Below are positions 22,626 through 36,506 of a stretch of 64,000 nt of DNA, piece after piece. Origin of the DNA: Eledone cirrhosa (Eukaryota). The notes beneath the pieces were generated by a model. It did not search any database. It saw only the letters and a list, made by a program, of their open reading frames with translations, and had not been told where the DNA came from. The stretch is from positions 33,356,001 to 33,420,000 of the forward strand of contig OZ024757.1 of assembly GCA_964016885.1 (NCBI GenBank). The letters are read 5' to 3'. The translations under genes were made by a program, and so were the position numbers. How positions within the stretch are numbered: position 1 is the stretch's first letter; every line of letters begins with the position of its first letter.

Positions 22626-23692
22626 ATATGTATATATATAGATAATATATAAACATGATAGATAATTATGGGTACATATATAGATGTGTGTGTAAAAGGT
22701 AAACAGAAATAACAACACGATCGGTACAGTATATGGAAGAAATACATTAGTTTAACATATATATATACACACAAACACATAATGCAGTCATAGTGCCGTT
22801 AATACTTTTCAAGAAAAGATTGATATTTAAAAAAAATCGAATCTTTAGATTAATTTATCGAATTATTGAGAAAAGTTTTACACTTTCTTTTATTGTTCAT
22901 TAGCAATGTTTAGAGATAAATTTTATTCATAGTTGTATAAATAACGTTACAAATTGTTGATAATTCTTACAGAATGAAAGTATAAATACAATTAATTATT
23001 GCTAGGAACCTTATAAATATAATATACAAAAATATATAAACAAAGCGAGTGAAAAAGAAAACGAAAAACAAGGATTCTAAGAAAAGAGAGGAAGATAGGC
23101 AATACTTCATACAATTTGTGTTCCAAGGGAAATAACCCAAGTGACAGCATTGCCTTGTGTGTGCAATGCTGTCACTTGGGTTACTTCCCTTGGCACAAAT
23201 TATATGAAGTATTGCCTATCTTCCTCTCTTTTCTTAGAATCCTTGTTTTTCCTTTTCTTTTTCACTCGCCTTGTTTATATATTTTTGTATATTATATTTA
23301 TAAGGTTCCTAGCAATAATTAATTGTATTTATACTTTCATTCTATAAGAATTATCAACAATTTGTAACGTTATTTATACAACTATGAATAAAATTTATCT
23401 CTAAACATTGCTAATGATCAATAAAAGAAAGTGTAAAACTTTTCTCAATAATTCGATAAATTAATCTAAAGATTCGATTTTTTTTAAATATCAATCTTTT
23501 CTTGAAAAGTATAAACGGCACTATGACTGCATTATGTGTTTGTGTGTATATATATATGTTAAACTAATGTATTCCTTCCATATACTGTACCGATTGTGTT
23601 GTTATTTCTGTTTACATTTTACGCGCACACACGCACACATATCTATATATATACCCATAATTATCTATCATGTTTATATATTATCTATATAT
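22626..23692. repeat. ~1.07 kb palindrome, unit 1 (spacer cttgtgtgt at 23154-23162)
   Basis: cccaagtgacagcattgc-cttgtgtgt-gcaatgctgtcacttggg, with ~525 bp arms. Confidence 0.95.
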
Positions 23693-25016
23693 GTCGTATA
23701 TATATATATATATTTATATACAAGAAGAAGAAGAAGAGATACTGAACTACATTATTTAGTGAGTTTCCATATATTTAGGATAGTAGGGTGTCCTTTGTAG
23801 GACATTGAGGGATATTTGACTCTTATTTCTAGCTGGTTGGGTGACCATTTAGAGGCTCAATCGGTGGCTCCTTTTTGTTATTAAGATGTTGGTGTTGTTT
23901 AGCCCTAGGTCTGGTTCAGCTCCGGCAGACCTTGGAGCAGAAGCCTTCTATACCCCGACCACCTTAATCTTTTTTTTTTTTGCAGGCACTCAACTAGATT
24001 ATTCAATGAGTTCTTCCTTTATTTAAGATGGTAGAGTTTGGTTTGAAGGATATTTGACTATTATTTCTAGCGAAGTAGATGACCATGAAGAGACAGTCCC
24101 TGTTATATCAAACACAGTAATGTCTATGTTTTATTAAACACTGAATTCTTTAGGAATTACTCAGCAAAATAGGAAGTAATGACTCCCTCCATTTGATGAA
24201 TATAGGAAATAGTTTATATCAATATCAAATGATTAAAAAGTTTTCTTCGCAATCACCAGTTCAACCTCTCACTCCATGTCTTCATGAGCAAGTGACTTTA
24301 CCATAGGCCCAGGATAGCCAAAGCTTTGGAGTGAAATTGGATAGCCAGAAATTGTTTGGAAGCCTGATGGATTCATTGCATCTGTAATTCAAAGGGTCAG
24401 GTCTGTCCATTGCCAGATTTACCATTGTGCTGAGATGTGCTTAAGCACAGGGCTCTGTTGGCCAAGGTGGGTGGGTGGTGTAATCTTTCTGCGCCATTTT
24501 TTACCTCCTTCCGGGTCCAAATAGGGGGCCTCACAATTTAACTAGCAGAGGACTTCATCTGTCTAAAATTCAGCACTGTATACCATAGGCCCAGGATGGC
24601 CAAAACTTTGGAGTGAAATTGAGTAGACAGAAACAGGTTGAAAGCCTATTGGTTTCATTGCATCTGCAATTCAAATAGCTGGACTTGTGTGAATGTGAGA
24701 AATAAATTGTTTGGATAAAATGTCATTGCAGTACTTGTTGTTCTTTACATTTTAAAGTGAAATTCTACTAAGGTCGACCTTGCCTTTCATCCTTTCTGGG
24801 TTGATAGAATAAAGTAGCAGTCTAATAGTGGGGTCGATTCTTTCTCTATATCTCTTTCTCAGAGAGATGGAGAGAGAGAGAGAGAGAGACATACAGAAGG
24901 AGAGAAGAGAGACACACATACAGAAGGAGAGAAGAGAGAGAGAGAGAGAGAAGAGAGACACACATACAGAAGGAGAGAAAAGAGATAAAGAGAAGAGAGA
25001 TAGAAAGACACACAAC

Positions 25017-25066
<50 letters not shown>

Positions 25067-25204
25067 AACCCAAGTACTGGACTGGTTTTGGTATTTTATT
25101 TATCGACCCCGAAATGAAGAAAGACAAAGTTGACTACAGTGGGGCGGGATTTGAACTCAGCGCAATAAGCTGGAATAAAAAATGAGTCATTTTAAATTTG
25201 ACAC

Positions 25205-25448
25205 CATGAGGACTCTGTCAATTTGCCACATTCAGGCTTTAATAAAATGCAGCCGAGAGAGGGTGAAGAAGAAGCAGATAAAGAAAATCTTGGTCTGACA
25301 GCATCAAAGACTGAACTGGTCATATCACCTAGCCCCTTCTATGTCTGATGAGGAACAGAGACCAGAGGTGACAACTGACTGCGGGAGTGGCTAGAGTGAC
25401 ACCCTAAAGATTGGTTGCAACAGTTGTGGATACATGATGGTGATGATA
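25205..25448 (+). mobile_element. RTE-like LINE 3' tail (present in every array unit)
   Basis: Degenerate RRSR*RKSWSDSIKD*TG...MRNRDQR, ending gatggtgatgat. Confidence 0.55.
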
Positions 25449-25860
25449 GTATGGTATAGTGTAGCTTAAGATAGTATAGTATAGTATAGTTTATTATAGT
25501 ATAGTTTAGTATAGTATAGTATAGTATAGTATAGTATAGTATAGTATAGTTTATTATAGTATAGTTTATTAGAGTATAGTTTAGTAGAGTTTAGTTTAAT
25601 TTAGTTTATTATAGTATTGTTTAGTATAGTATAGTTTAGTATAGTTTATTATAGTATAGTTTAGTATAGTATAGTATAGTTTAGTATAGTATGGTATAGT
25701 ATAGTTTAATATAGTATAGTTTAGTATAATATAGTATAGTTTAGTTAAGTATAATATAGTTTAGTATAGTATAGTTTACTATAGTAAAGTATAGTATAGT
25801 ATAGTATAGTTTAGTATAGTATAGTTTAGTATGATATAGTAAAGTATAGTATGGTAAAGT
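25449..25860. repeat. (TAGTA/TAGTT)n pentanucleotide microsatellite, ~400 bp, in every array unit
   Basis: Directly visible here and at ~29270, 35005, 41035, 46840, 50570, 56295 and 62110. Confidence 0.95.
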
Positions 25861-26206
25861 ATTTATTTTTTTACACACATACATAGATTAGCATGGGGTG
25901 AGGGTGCAAGGGGGGTAGAGGCTATATTTGTGTGTTTGTGTGTTTGGGGTGGGTGGGGGGCACCCACCATCATCTTGTACTAAGATGGTCTTGACTATGT
26001 CATGCACACATATATATATATATATAAATATATGTATACCTATATCTATATATCTATATCTGTACATACACACAGACACATACATACATACACAAATACA
26101 CACACACACACGTACATATATATATAGAAAAAGATATATAGCAACAATAAAAATACGTAACTGTATTTTGAATGTAGAGAGCTATATAAAAGTATATAAT
26201 TGCCAT

Positions 26207-26245
<39 letters not shown>

Positions 26246-26867
26246 CAAAGTATATTCCTTCCATATACTGTACCGATCGTGTTGTTATTTCTGTTTACCT
26301 TTTACATATACACACACAGACATATATATATATATATACACATATATGTATACACACACAAACACACATATATATATATACACACCACACCACACATATA
26401 TATATAATATATATATACACTCTCAAATAAACATACATACATATATAAATATATATGTCCTACCCTTGCAAACAGGGAAAAGCGGATGTAAAATGATGAT
26501 GATGATGATGATATATATATATACACCACAACACACATATATATATAATATATATATACACTCTTAAATACACATACATACACATATACAGATATATATA
26601 TATATATATATCATTTCATTTTATGTCCGCTTTTCCCTGCTTGCAAGGGTGGGACGGGAACTGATTCTGGCTAGATTTCTATAGCTGGATGCCCTTCCTA
26701 ACACCAACCTCATTTACAGTGATTGCTGGGTTCTTTTTTTCCGTGGCACCTCCACGTCCACTTTGCAGTGTGGGCTGGGTGCTTTTTTGCTGTGGCACCT
26801 CCACGACCACTTTGGAGTGGAATGATAGGGACCTCAATCCCTATCATCTCATTTCTACAGCTGAGTA

Positions 26868-26911
<44 letters not shown>

Positions 26912-26955
26912 AAATCAAAAGATGGTTAAAAGAGTTCCAAGTATTTTATTATGTG

Positions 26956-28027
26956 TGTCTCAGCAGCTAACAACTGACGCAGGCAGTTTGTTCTATGCTT
27001 CGGCAACTCTGAGCGTAAAAAAATGTTTACGAAAGTCATGGGAGCTGCGCTGTTTTCTGATTTTGTAGGCATGTCCACGTGTGTTAGACACATGGAGATC
27101 AAAAAGGTGCTCAGGGTTGTTGTTGGCGAGATGGTTAATAATTTTGTGGGTATTCACCAAGTCCATTGCCAGACGTCGGAGCTTCAATGAATCCATGCCC
27201 AGGGAAGCAAGGCGTTCAGAGTATGGTAGGTGTCTGATGGAGGGTATGCGCTTGGTTGCACGTCTCTGAACAGTTTCCAGGAGGTCAATGTTCTGAGCAA
27301 GATAGGGGTTCCAGACTGATGATGCGAATTCCAAGTGTGGTCGTACCATAGCTGTATACATTTTTAAATAGATGGCTGGAGAGTGGCTAACAAAGGTCTT
27401 GCTGAGTGATGCCAAGACACCCTCGGCTTTCTTGACAATCTTAGAGACATGCTTTGTCCAACACAAATCGCTGCTGACAGTAATGCCCAGGTCACGTTCA
27501 CAAGAGGACTTCTTGATATCAGTGTTGTGGAGGGAGTATGTGGACGCTGGATTTTTCCTCCCAAAATGCATGGTGGTACACTTGTCCACAGCCAGCTTCA
27601 GTTGACAGTCTGTGATCCATTGCTGCATTGTGTCCAGGTCTGATTGTAGGAAAGAGTTGTAGATTTCAGGATCACTCCTTTTGATTTCAAGGTACAGCTT
27701 GATGTCATCTGCATGTCATTCTGTAAGTTGGCATCTATGTCATTAATATATGCCACAAACAAAAGGGGACCAAGAACAGATCCCTGTGGTACACCAGATG
27801 ACATCTCATATGGTGAAGAATACTGTGCTAGAACCGTGACTACCTCTTTTCGGCTGAGAATGAAGGATTTCAACCAGTCAAAAAGATCATCCCTCACACC
27901 CATTGCAGAGAGTTTTGCCATAATTCTTTTGTGTGGCACAGAATTAAAAACCTTAGCAAATCAAGGGAAACAACATTCACCCATGAGCCGCTGTCAGTGA
28001 TCCGGGTGATGTCTTCAAGGAACTCGA
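26956..28027 (-). pseudogene. LINE RT copy 2 (short unit; 13-nt deletion before ADD, frameshifts)
   Basis: ORFs 26993..27628 and 27598..27939. Fused at 28027 to the unique segment. Confidence 0.9.
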
Positions 28028-28838
28028 AGTTTTCTTCGCAATCACCAGTTCAACCTCTCACTCCATGTCTTCATGAGCAAGTGACTTTACCATAGGCCCA
28101 GGATGGCCAAAGCTTTGGAGTGAAATTGGATAGCCAAAAACTGTTTGGAAGTCTGATGGATTCATTGCATCTGTAATTCAAAGGGTCAGGTCTGTCCATT
28201 GCCAGATTTACCATTGTGCTGAGGTGTGCTTAAGCACAGGGCTCTGTTGGCCAAGGTGGGTGGGTGGTGTAATCTGTCTGCCCCATCTTTTACCTCCTTC
28301 CGGGTCCAAGTAAGGGGCCTCATAATTTAACTAGCATAGGACTTCATTTGTCCAAAATTCAGCACTGTATACCATAGGCCCAGGATGGCCAAAACTTTGG
28401 AGTGAAATTGAGTAGACAGAAACTGGTTGAAAGCCTATTGGTTTCATTGCATCTGCAATTCAAGTAGCTGGACTTGTGTGAATGTGAGAAATAAATTGTT
28501 TGGATAAAATGTCATTGTAGTACTTGTTGTTCTTTACATTTTAAAGTGAAATTCTACTAAGGTCGACCTTGCCTTTCATCCTTTCTGGGTTGATAGAATA
28601 AAGTAGCAGTCTAATAGTGGGGTCGATTCTTTCTCCATATCTCTTTCTCAGAGAGACAGAGAGAGAGAGAGAGAGACTTACAGAAGGAGAGAAAAGAGAG
28701 AGAGAGAGAGAAGAGAGACACACATACAGAAGGAGAGAAGAGAGAGAGAGAAGAGAGACACACATACAGAAGGAGAGAAAAGAGATAAAGAGAAGAGAGA
28801 GAGAGTAAGAAGAGAGATAGAAAGACACCCAACGATAG

Positions 28839-28890
<52 letters not shown>

Positions 28891-29793
28891 CCCAAGTACT
28901 GGACTGGTTTTGGTATTTTATTTATCGACCCCGAAATGAAGAAAGACAAAGTTGACTACAGTGGGGCGGGATTTGAACTCAGCGCAATAAGCTGGAATAA
29001 AAAATGAGTCATTTTAAATTTGACACCATGAGGACTCTGTCAATTTGCCACATTCAGGCTTTAATAAAATGCAGCCGAGAGAGGGTGAAGAAGAAGCAGA
29101 TAAAGAAAATCTTGGTCTGACAGCATCAAAGACTGAACTGGTCATATCACCAAGACCCTTCTATGTCTGATGAGGAACAGAGACCAGAGGTGACAACTGA
29201 CTGCGGGAGTGGCTAGAGTGACACCCTAAAGATTGGTTGCAACAGTTGTGGATACATGATGGTGATGATAGTATGGTATAGTGTAGCTTAAGATAGTATA
29301 GTATAGTATAGTTTATTATAGTATAGTATAGTATAGTATAGTTTATTATAGTATAGTTTATTAGAGTATAGTTTAGTAGAGTTTAGTTTAATTTAGTATA
29401 TTATAGTATTGTTTAGTATAGTATAGTTTAGTATAGTTTATTATAGTATAGTTTAGTATAGTATAGTATAGTTAAGTATAGTATGGTATAGTATAGTTTA
29501 ATATAGTATAGTTTAGTATAATATAGTATAGTTTAGTTAAGTATAATATAGTTTAGTATAGTATAGTTTACTATAGTAAAGTATAGTATAGTATAGTATA
29601 GTTTAGTATAGTATAGTTTAGTATGATATAGTAAAGTATAGTATAGTAAAGTATTAATTTTTTTACACCCATACATAGATTAGCATGGGGTGAGGGTGCA
29701 AGGGGGGTAGAGGCTATATTTGTGTGTTTGTGTGTGTGCGTGAGGGAGGGGGACACCCACCATCATCTTGTACTAACATGGCCTTGACTATGT

Positions 29794-29831
<38 letters not shown>

Positions 29832-30440
29832 CAAAGTATATTCCTTCCATATACTGTACCGATTGTGTTGTTATTTCTGTTTACCTTTTACATATACAGA
29901 CATATATATATATACACATATATGTATACACACATAAACACACACATATATATATACACACCACACCACACATATATATATAATATATATATACACACTC
30001 AAATAAACATACATACATATATAAATATATATGTCCTACCCTTGCAAACAGGGAAAAGCGGATGTAAAATGATGATGATGATGATATATATATATACACC
30101 ACAACACACATATATATATAATATATATATACACTCATAAATACACATACATACACATATACATATATATATATATATATATATCATTTCATTTTATGTC
30201 CGCTTTTCCCTGCTTGCAAGGGTGGGACGGGAACTGATTCTGGCTAGATTTCTATAGCTGGATGCCCTTCCTAACACCAACCTCATTTACAGTGATTGCT
30301 GGGTTCTTTTTTTCCGTGGCACCTCCACGTCCACTTTGCAGTGTGGGCTGTGTGCTTTTTTGCTGTGGCACCTCCACGACCACTTTGGAGTGGAATGATA
30401 GGGACCTCAGTCCCTATCATCTCATTTCTACAGCTGAGTA

Positions 30441-30478
<38 letters not shown>

Positions 30479-30522
30479 AAATCAAAAGATGGTTAAAAGA
30501 GTTCCAAGTATTTTATTATGTG

Positions 30523-32175
30523 TGTCTCGGCAGCTAACAACTGACGCAGGCAGTTTGTTCTATGCTTCGACAACTCTGAGCGTGAAAAAATGTTTACGAA
30601 AGTCATGGGAGCTGCGCTGTTTTCTGATTTTGTAGGCATGTCCACGTGTGTTAGACACATGGAGATCAAAAAGGTGCTCAGGGTTGTTGTTGGCGAGATG
30701 GTTAATAATTTTGTGGGTATTCACCAAGTCCATTGCCAGACGTCGGAGCTTCAATGAATCCATGCCCAGGGAAGCAAGGCGTTCAGAGTATGGTAGGTGT
30801 CTGATGGAGGGTATGCGCTTGGTTGCACGTCTCTGAACAGTTTCCAGGAGGTCAATGTTCTGAGCAAGATAGGGGTTCCAGACTGATGATGCGAATTCCA
30901 AGTGTGGTCGTACCATAGCTGTATACATTTTTAAATAGATGGCTGGAGAGCGGCTAACAAAGGTCTTGCTGAGTGATGCCAAGACACCCTCGGCTTTCTT
31001 GACAATCTTAGAGACATGCTTTGTCCAACGCAAATCGCTGCTGACAGTAATGCCCAGGTCACGTTCACAAGAGGACTTCTTGATATCAGTGTTGTGGAGG
31101 GAGTATGTGGACGCTGGATTTTCCCTCCGAAAATGCATGGTGGTACACTTGTCCACAGCCAGCTTCAGTTGACAGTCTGTGATCCATTGCTGCATTGTGT
31201 CCAGGTCTGATTGTAGGAAAGAGTTGTAGATTTCAGGATTAGTCCTTTTGATTTCAAGGTACAGCTTGATGTCATCTGCATATTTCCGTACCGTGGCATT
31301 CTGTAAGTTGGCATCTCTGTCATTAATATATGCCACAAAGAAAAGGGGACCAAGAACAGATCCCTGTGGTACACCAGATGACATCTCATATGGTGAAGAA
31401 TGCTGTGCTAGAACCGTGACTACCTCTTTTCGGCTGAGAATGAAGGATTTCAACCAGTCAAAAAGATCATCCCTCACACCCATTGCAGAGAGTTTTGCCA
31501 TAAGTCTTTTGTGTGGCACAGAATTAAAAACCTTATCAAATCAAGGTAAACAACATTCACCCATGAGCCGCTGTCAGTGATCCGGGTGATGTCTTCAAGG
31601 AACTCGATAAGCTGATCACAGCAGCTGGAATTAGGGATAAATCCAAACTGTGAGGGCCGGATGAGGCTGTGAGAGCTCCAGAAGTTCCAAAGTGTTTCTC
31701 TGACACAGGATTCCATCAGTTTGGCCATACAGCTAGTAAGACTGACTGGACGATAGTTGACAGGTGACATGCGGTTGCCCTTTTTGAACAGGGGAATGAC
31801 ACTGGCAGTTTTCTACGGCTCCGGAGTAGCACCATTGTTGAGACAGTATTGAAAGAAGAAAGAAAGCTGGTGCAAAAGGAAATACCCGCCACGTTTGAGA
31901 AGCAGGTATGTAACACCATCAAGACCAGGGGAGGCATAGTTGCGCTTATTCTTAAGGTGACGTCGCAACATTGCAGGTGTAAATTCCATAGTTGTTATGG
32001 AATTTGATGTTAGAGATGGTGGAGATGGTACATTCTGGTTTTCAAGAGTAAAAATACTTGCATAGCACTCAGCAATGAGTTCTGCGCATTCTTTGGGATC
32101 GTCAGTGATCTGGCTTGTGTGGGGATTGCGAAGAGGACCAACGGGATGGAGAGTGAGGTCTCTGATTTGAATGAA
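30523..32175 (-). pseudogene. LINE RT copy 3 (frameshift at YLD, internal stop)
   Basis: ORFs 30560..31519, 31474..31770 and 31813..32178. Confidence 0.9.
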
Positions 32176-33255
32176 CATATATGTATATATATAGATAATA
32201 TATAAACATGATAGATAATTATGGGTACATATATAGATGTGTGTGTGTGTGTGTAAAAGGTAAACAGAAATAACAACACAATCGGTACAGTATATGGAAG
32301 GAATACATTAATTTAACATATATATATACACACAAACACATAATGCAGTCATAGTGCCGTTAATACTTTTCAAGAAAAGATTGATATTTTAAAAAAATCG
32401 AATCTTTAGATTAATTTATCGAATTATTGAGAAAAGTTTTACACTTTCTTTTATTGATCATTAGCAATGTTTAGAGATAAATTTTATTCATAGTTGTATA
32501 AATAACGTTACAAATTGTTGATAATTCTTACAGAATGAAAGTATAAATACAATTAATTATTGCTAGGAACCTTATAAATATAATATACAAAAATATATAA
32601 ACAAAGCGAGTGAAAAAGAAAACGAAAAACAAGGATTCTAAGAAAAGAGAGGAAGATAGGCAATACTTCATACAATTTGTATTCCAAGGGAAATAACCCA
32701 AGTGACAGCATAGCCTTGTGTGTGCAATGCTGTCACTTGGGTTAATTCCCTTGGAACACAAATTGTATGAAGTATTGCCTATCTTCCTCTCTTTTCTTAG
32801 AATCCTTGTTTTTCGTTTTCTTTTTCACTCGCTTTGTTTATATATTTTTGTATATTATATTTATAAGGTTCCTAGCAATAATTAATTGTATTTATACTTT
32901 CATTCTATAAGAATTATCAACAATTTGTAACGTTATTTATACAACTATGAATAAAATTTATCTCTAAACATTGCTAATGATCAATAAAAGAAAGTGTAAA
33001 ACTTTTCTCAATAATTCGATAAATTAATCTAAAGATTCGATTTTTTTTAAATATCAATCTTTTCTTGAAAAGTATAAACGGCACTATGACTGCATTATGT
33101 GTTTGTGTGTATATATATATGTTAAACTAATGTATTCCTTCCATATACTGTACCGATTGTGTTGTTATTTCTGTTTACATTTTACGCGCACACACGCACA
33201 CATATCTATATATATACCCATAATTATCTATCATGTTTATATATTATCTATATAT
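32176..33255. repeat. Palindrome, centre ~32719
   Basis: Same arms and spacer as unit 1. Confidence 0.93.
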
Positions 33256-34579
33256 GTCGTATATATATATATATATTTATATACAAGAAGAAGAAGAAGA
33301 GATACTGAACTACATTATTTAGTGAGTTTCCATATATTTAGGATAGTAGGGTGTCCTTTGTAGGACATTGAGGGATATTTGACTCTTATTTCTAGCTGGT
33401 TGGGTGACCATTTAGAGGCTCAATCGGTGGCTCCTTTTTGTTATTAAGATGTTGGTGTTGTTTAGCCCTAGGTCTGGTTCAGCTCCGGCAGACCTTGGAG
33501 CAGAAGCCTTCTATACCCCGACCACCTTAATCTTTTTTTTTTTTGCAGGCACTCAACTAGATTATTCAATGAGTTCTTCCTTTATTTAAGATGGTAGAGT
33601 TTGGTTTGAAGGATATTTGACTATTATTTCTAGCGAAGTAGATGACCATGAAGAGACAGTCCCTGTTATATCAAACACAGTAATGTCTATGTTTTATTAA
33701 ACACTGAATTCTTTAGGAATTACTCAGCAAAATAGGAAGTAATGACTCCCTCCATTTGATGAATATAGGAAATAGTTTATATCAATATCAAATGATTAAA
33801 AAGTTTTCTTCGCAATCACCAGTTCAACCTCTCACTCCATGTCTTCATGAGCAAGTGACTTTACCATAGGCCCAGGATAGCCAAAGCTTTGGAGTGAAAT
33901 TGGATAGCCAGAAATTGTTTGGAAGCCTGATGGATTCATTGCATCTGTAATTCAAAGGGTCAGGTCTGTCCATTGCCAGATTTACCATTGTGCTGAGATG
34001 TGCTTAAGCACAGGGCTCTGTTGGCCAAGGTGGGTGGGTGGTGTAATCTTTCTGCGCCATTTTTTACCTCCTTCCGGGTCCAAATAGGGGGCCTCACAAT
34101 TTAACTAGCAGAGGACTTCATCTGTCTAAAATTCAGCACTGTATACCATAGGCCCAGGATGGCCAAAACTTTGGAGTGAAATTGAGTAGACAGAAACAGG
34201 TTGAAAGCCTATTGGTTTCATTGCATCTGCAATTCAAATAGCTGGACTTGTGTGAATGTGAGAAATAAATTGTTTGGATAAAATGTCATTGCAGTACTTG
34301 TTGTTCTTTACATTTTAAAGTGAAATTCTACTAAGGTCGACCTTGCCTTTCATCCTTTCTGGGTTGATAGAATAAAGTAGCAGTCTAATAGTGGGGTCGA
34401 TTCTTTCACTATATCTCTTTCTCAGAGAGATGGAGAGAGAGAGAGAGAGAGACATACAGAAGGAGAGAAGAGAGACACACATACAGAAGGAGAGAAGAGA
34501 GAGAGAGAGAGAGAAGAGAGACACACATACAGAAGGAGAGAAAAGAGATAAAGAGAAGAGAGATAGAAAGACACACAAC

Positions 34580-34626
<47 letters not shown>

Positions 34627-35764
34627 CCCAAGTACTGGACTGGTTTTGGTATTTTATTTATCGACCCCGAAATGAAGAAAGACAAAGTTGACTACAGTGG
34701 GGCGGGATTTGAACTCAGCGCAATAAGCTGGAATAAAAAATGAGTCATTTTAAATTTGACACCATGAGGACTCTGTCAATTTGCCACATTCAGGCTTTAA
34801 TAAAATGCAGCCGAGAGAGGGTGAAGAAGAAGCAGATAAAGAAAATCTTGGTCTGACAGCATCAAAGACTGAACTGGTCATATCACCTAGCCCCTTCTAT
34901 GTCTGATGAGGAACAGAGACCAGAGGTGACAACTGACTGCGGGAGTGGCTAGAGTGACACCCTAAAGATTGGTTGCAACAGTTGTGGATACATGATGGTG
35001 ATGATAGTATGGTATAGTGTAGCTTAAGATAGTATAGTATAGTATAGTTTATTATAGTATAGTTTAGTATAGTATAGTATAGTATAGTATAGTATAGTAT
35101 AGTATAGTTTATTATAGTATAGTTTATTAGAGTATAGTTTAGTAGAGTTTAGTTTAATTTAGTTTATTATAGTATTGTTTAGTATAGTATAGTTTAGTAT
35201 AGTTTATTATAGTATAGTTTAGTATAGTATAGTATAGTTTAGTATAGTATGGTATAGTATAGTTTAATATAGTATAGTTTAGTATAATATAGTATAGTTT
35301 AGTTAAGTATAATATAGTTTAGTATAGTATAGTTTACTATAGTAAAGTATAGTATAGTATAGTATAGTTTAGTATAGTATAGTTTAGTATGATATAGTAA
35401 AGTATAGTATGGTAAAGTATTTATTTTTTTACACACATACATAGATTAGCATGGGGTGAGGGTGCAAGGGGGGTAGAGGCTATATTTGTGTGTTTGTGTG
35501 TTTGGGGTGGGTGGGGGGCACCCACCATCATCTTGTACTAAGATGGTCTTGACTATGTCATGCACACATATATATATATATATAAATATATGTATACCTA
35601 TATCTATATATCTATATCTGTACATACACACAGACACATACATACATACACAAATACACACACACACACGTACATATATATATAGAAAAAGATATATAGC
35701 AACAATAAAAATACGTAACTGTATTTTGAATGTAGAGAGCTATATAAAAGTATATAATTGCCAT

Positions 35765-35803
<39 letters not shown>

Positions 35804-36420
35804 CACAAAGTATATTCCTTCCATATACTGTACCGATCGTGTTATTATTTCTGTTTACCTTTTACATATACACACACAGACATATATATATATATACACA
35901 TATATGTATACACACACAAACACACATATATATATATACACACCACACCACACATATATATATAATATATATATACACTCTCAAATAAACATACATACAT
36001 ATATAAATATATATGTCCTACCCTTGCAAACAGGGAAAAGCGAATGTAAAATGATGATGATGATGATATATATATATACACCACAACACACATATATATA
36101 TAATATATATATACACTCTTAAATACACATACATACACATATACAGATATATATATATATATATCATTTCATTTTATGTCCGCTTTTCCCTGCTTGCAAG
36201 GGTGGGACGGGAACTGATTCTGGCTAGATTTCTATAGCTGGATGCCCTTCCTAACACCAACCTCATTTACAGTGATTGCTGGTTTCTTTTTTTCCGTGGC
36301 ACCTCCACGTCCACTTTGCAGTGTGGGCTGGGTGCTTTTTTGCTGTGGCACCTCCACGACCACTTTGGAGTGGAATGATAGGGACCTCAATCCCTATCAT
36401 CTCATTTCTACAGCTGAGTA

Positions 36421-36462
<42 letters not shown>

Positions 36463-36506
36463 AAATCAAAAGATGGTTAAAAGAGTTCCAAGTATTTTAT
36501 TATGTG

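Noticed and set aside
21261-23692. Retron, DGR or group II intron interpretation of RT plus hairpin
   Set aside because: The RT is clearly CR1/L2 LINE type in a eukaryotic context, with no msr/msd, template/variable repeat or intron structure.
25340-25380. CTGATGAG in each array unit as a possible hammerhead
   Set aside because: No stem II or GAAA follows, and it lies within the degenerate RTE coding tail.
24752-26929. Many YI/CV/SL/ER-rich ORFs here and in all array units
   Set aside because: Artefacts of (TA)n, (CA)n, (GA)n and (TAGTA)n microsatellites.
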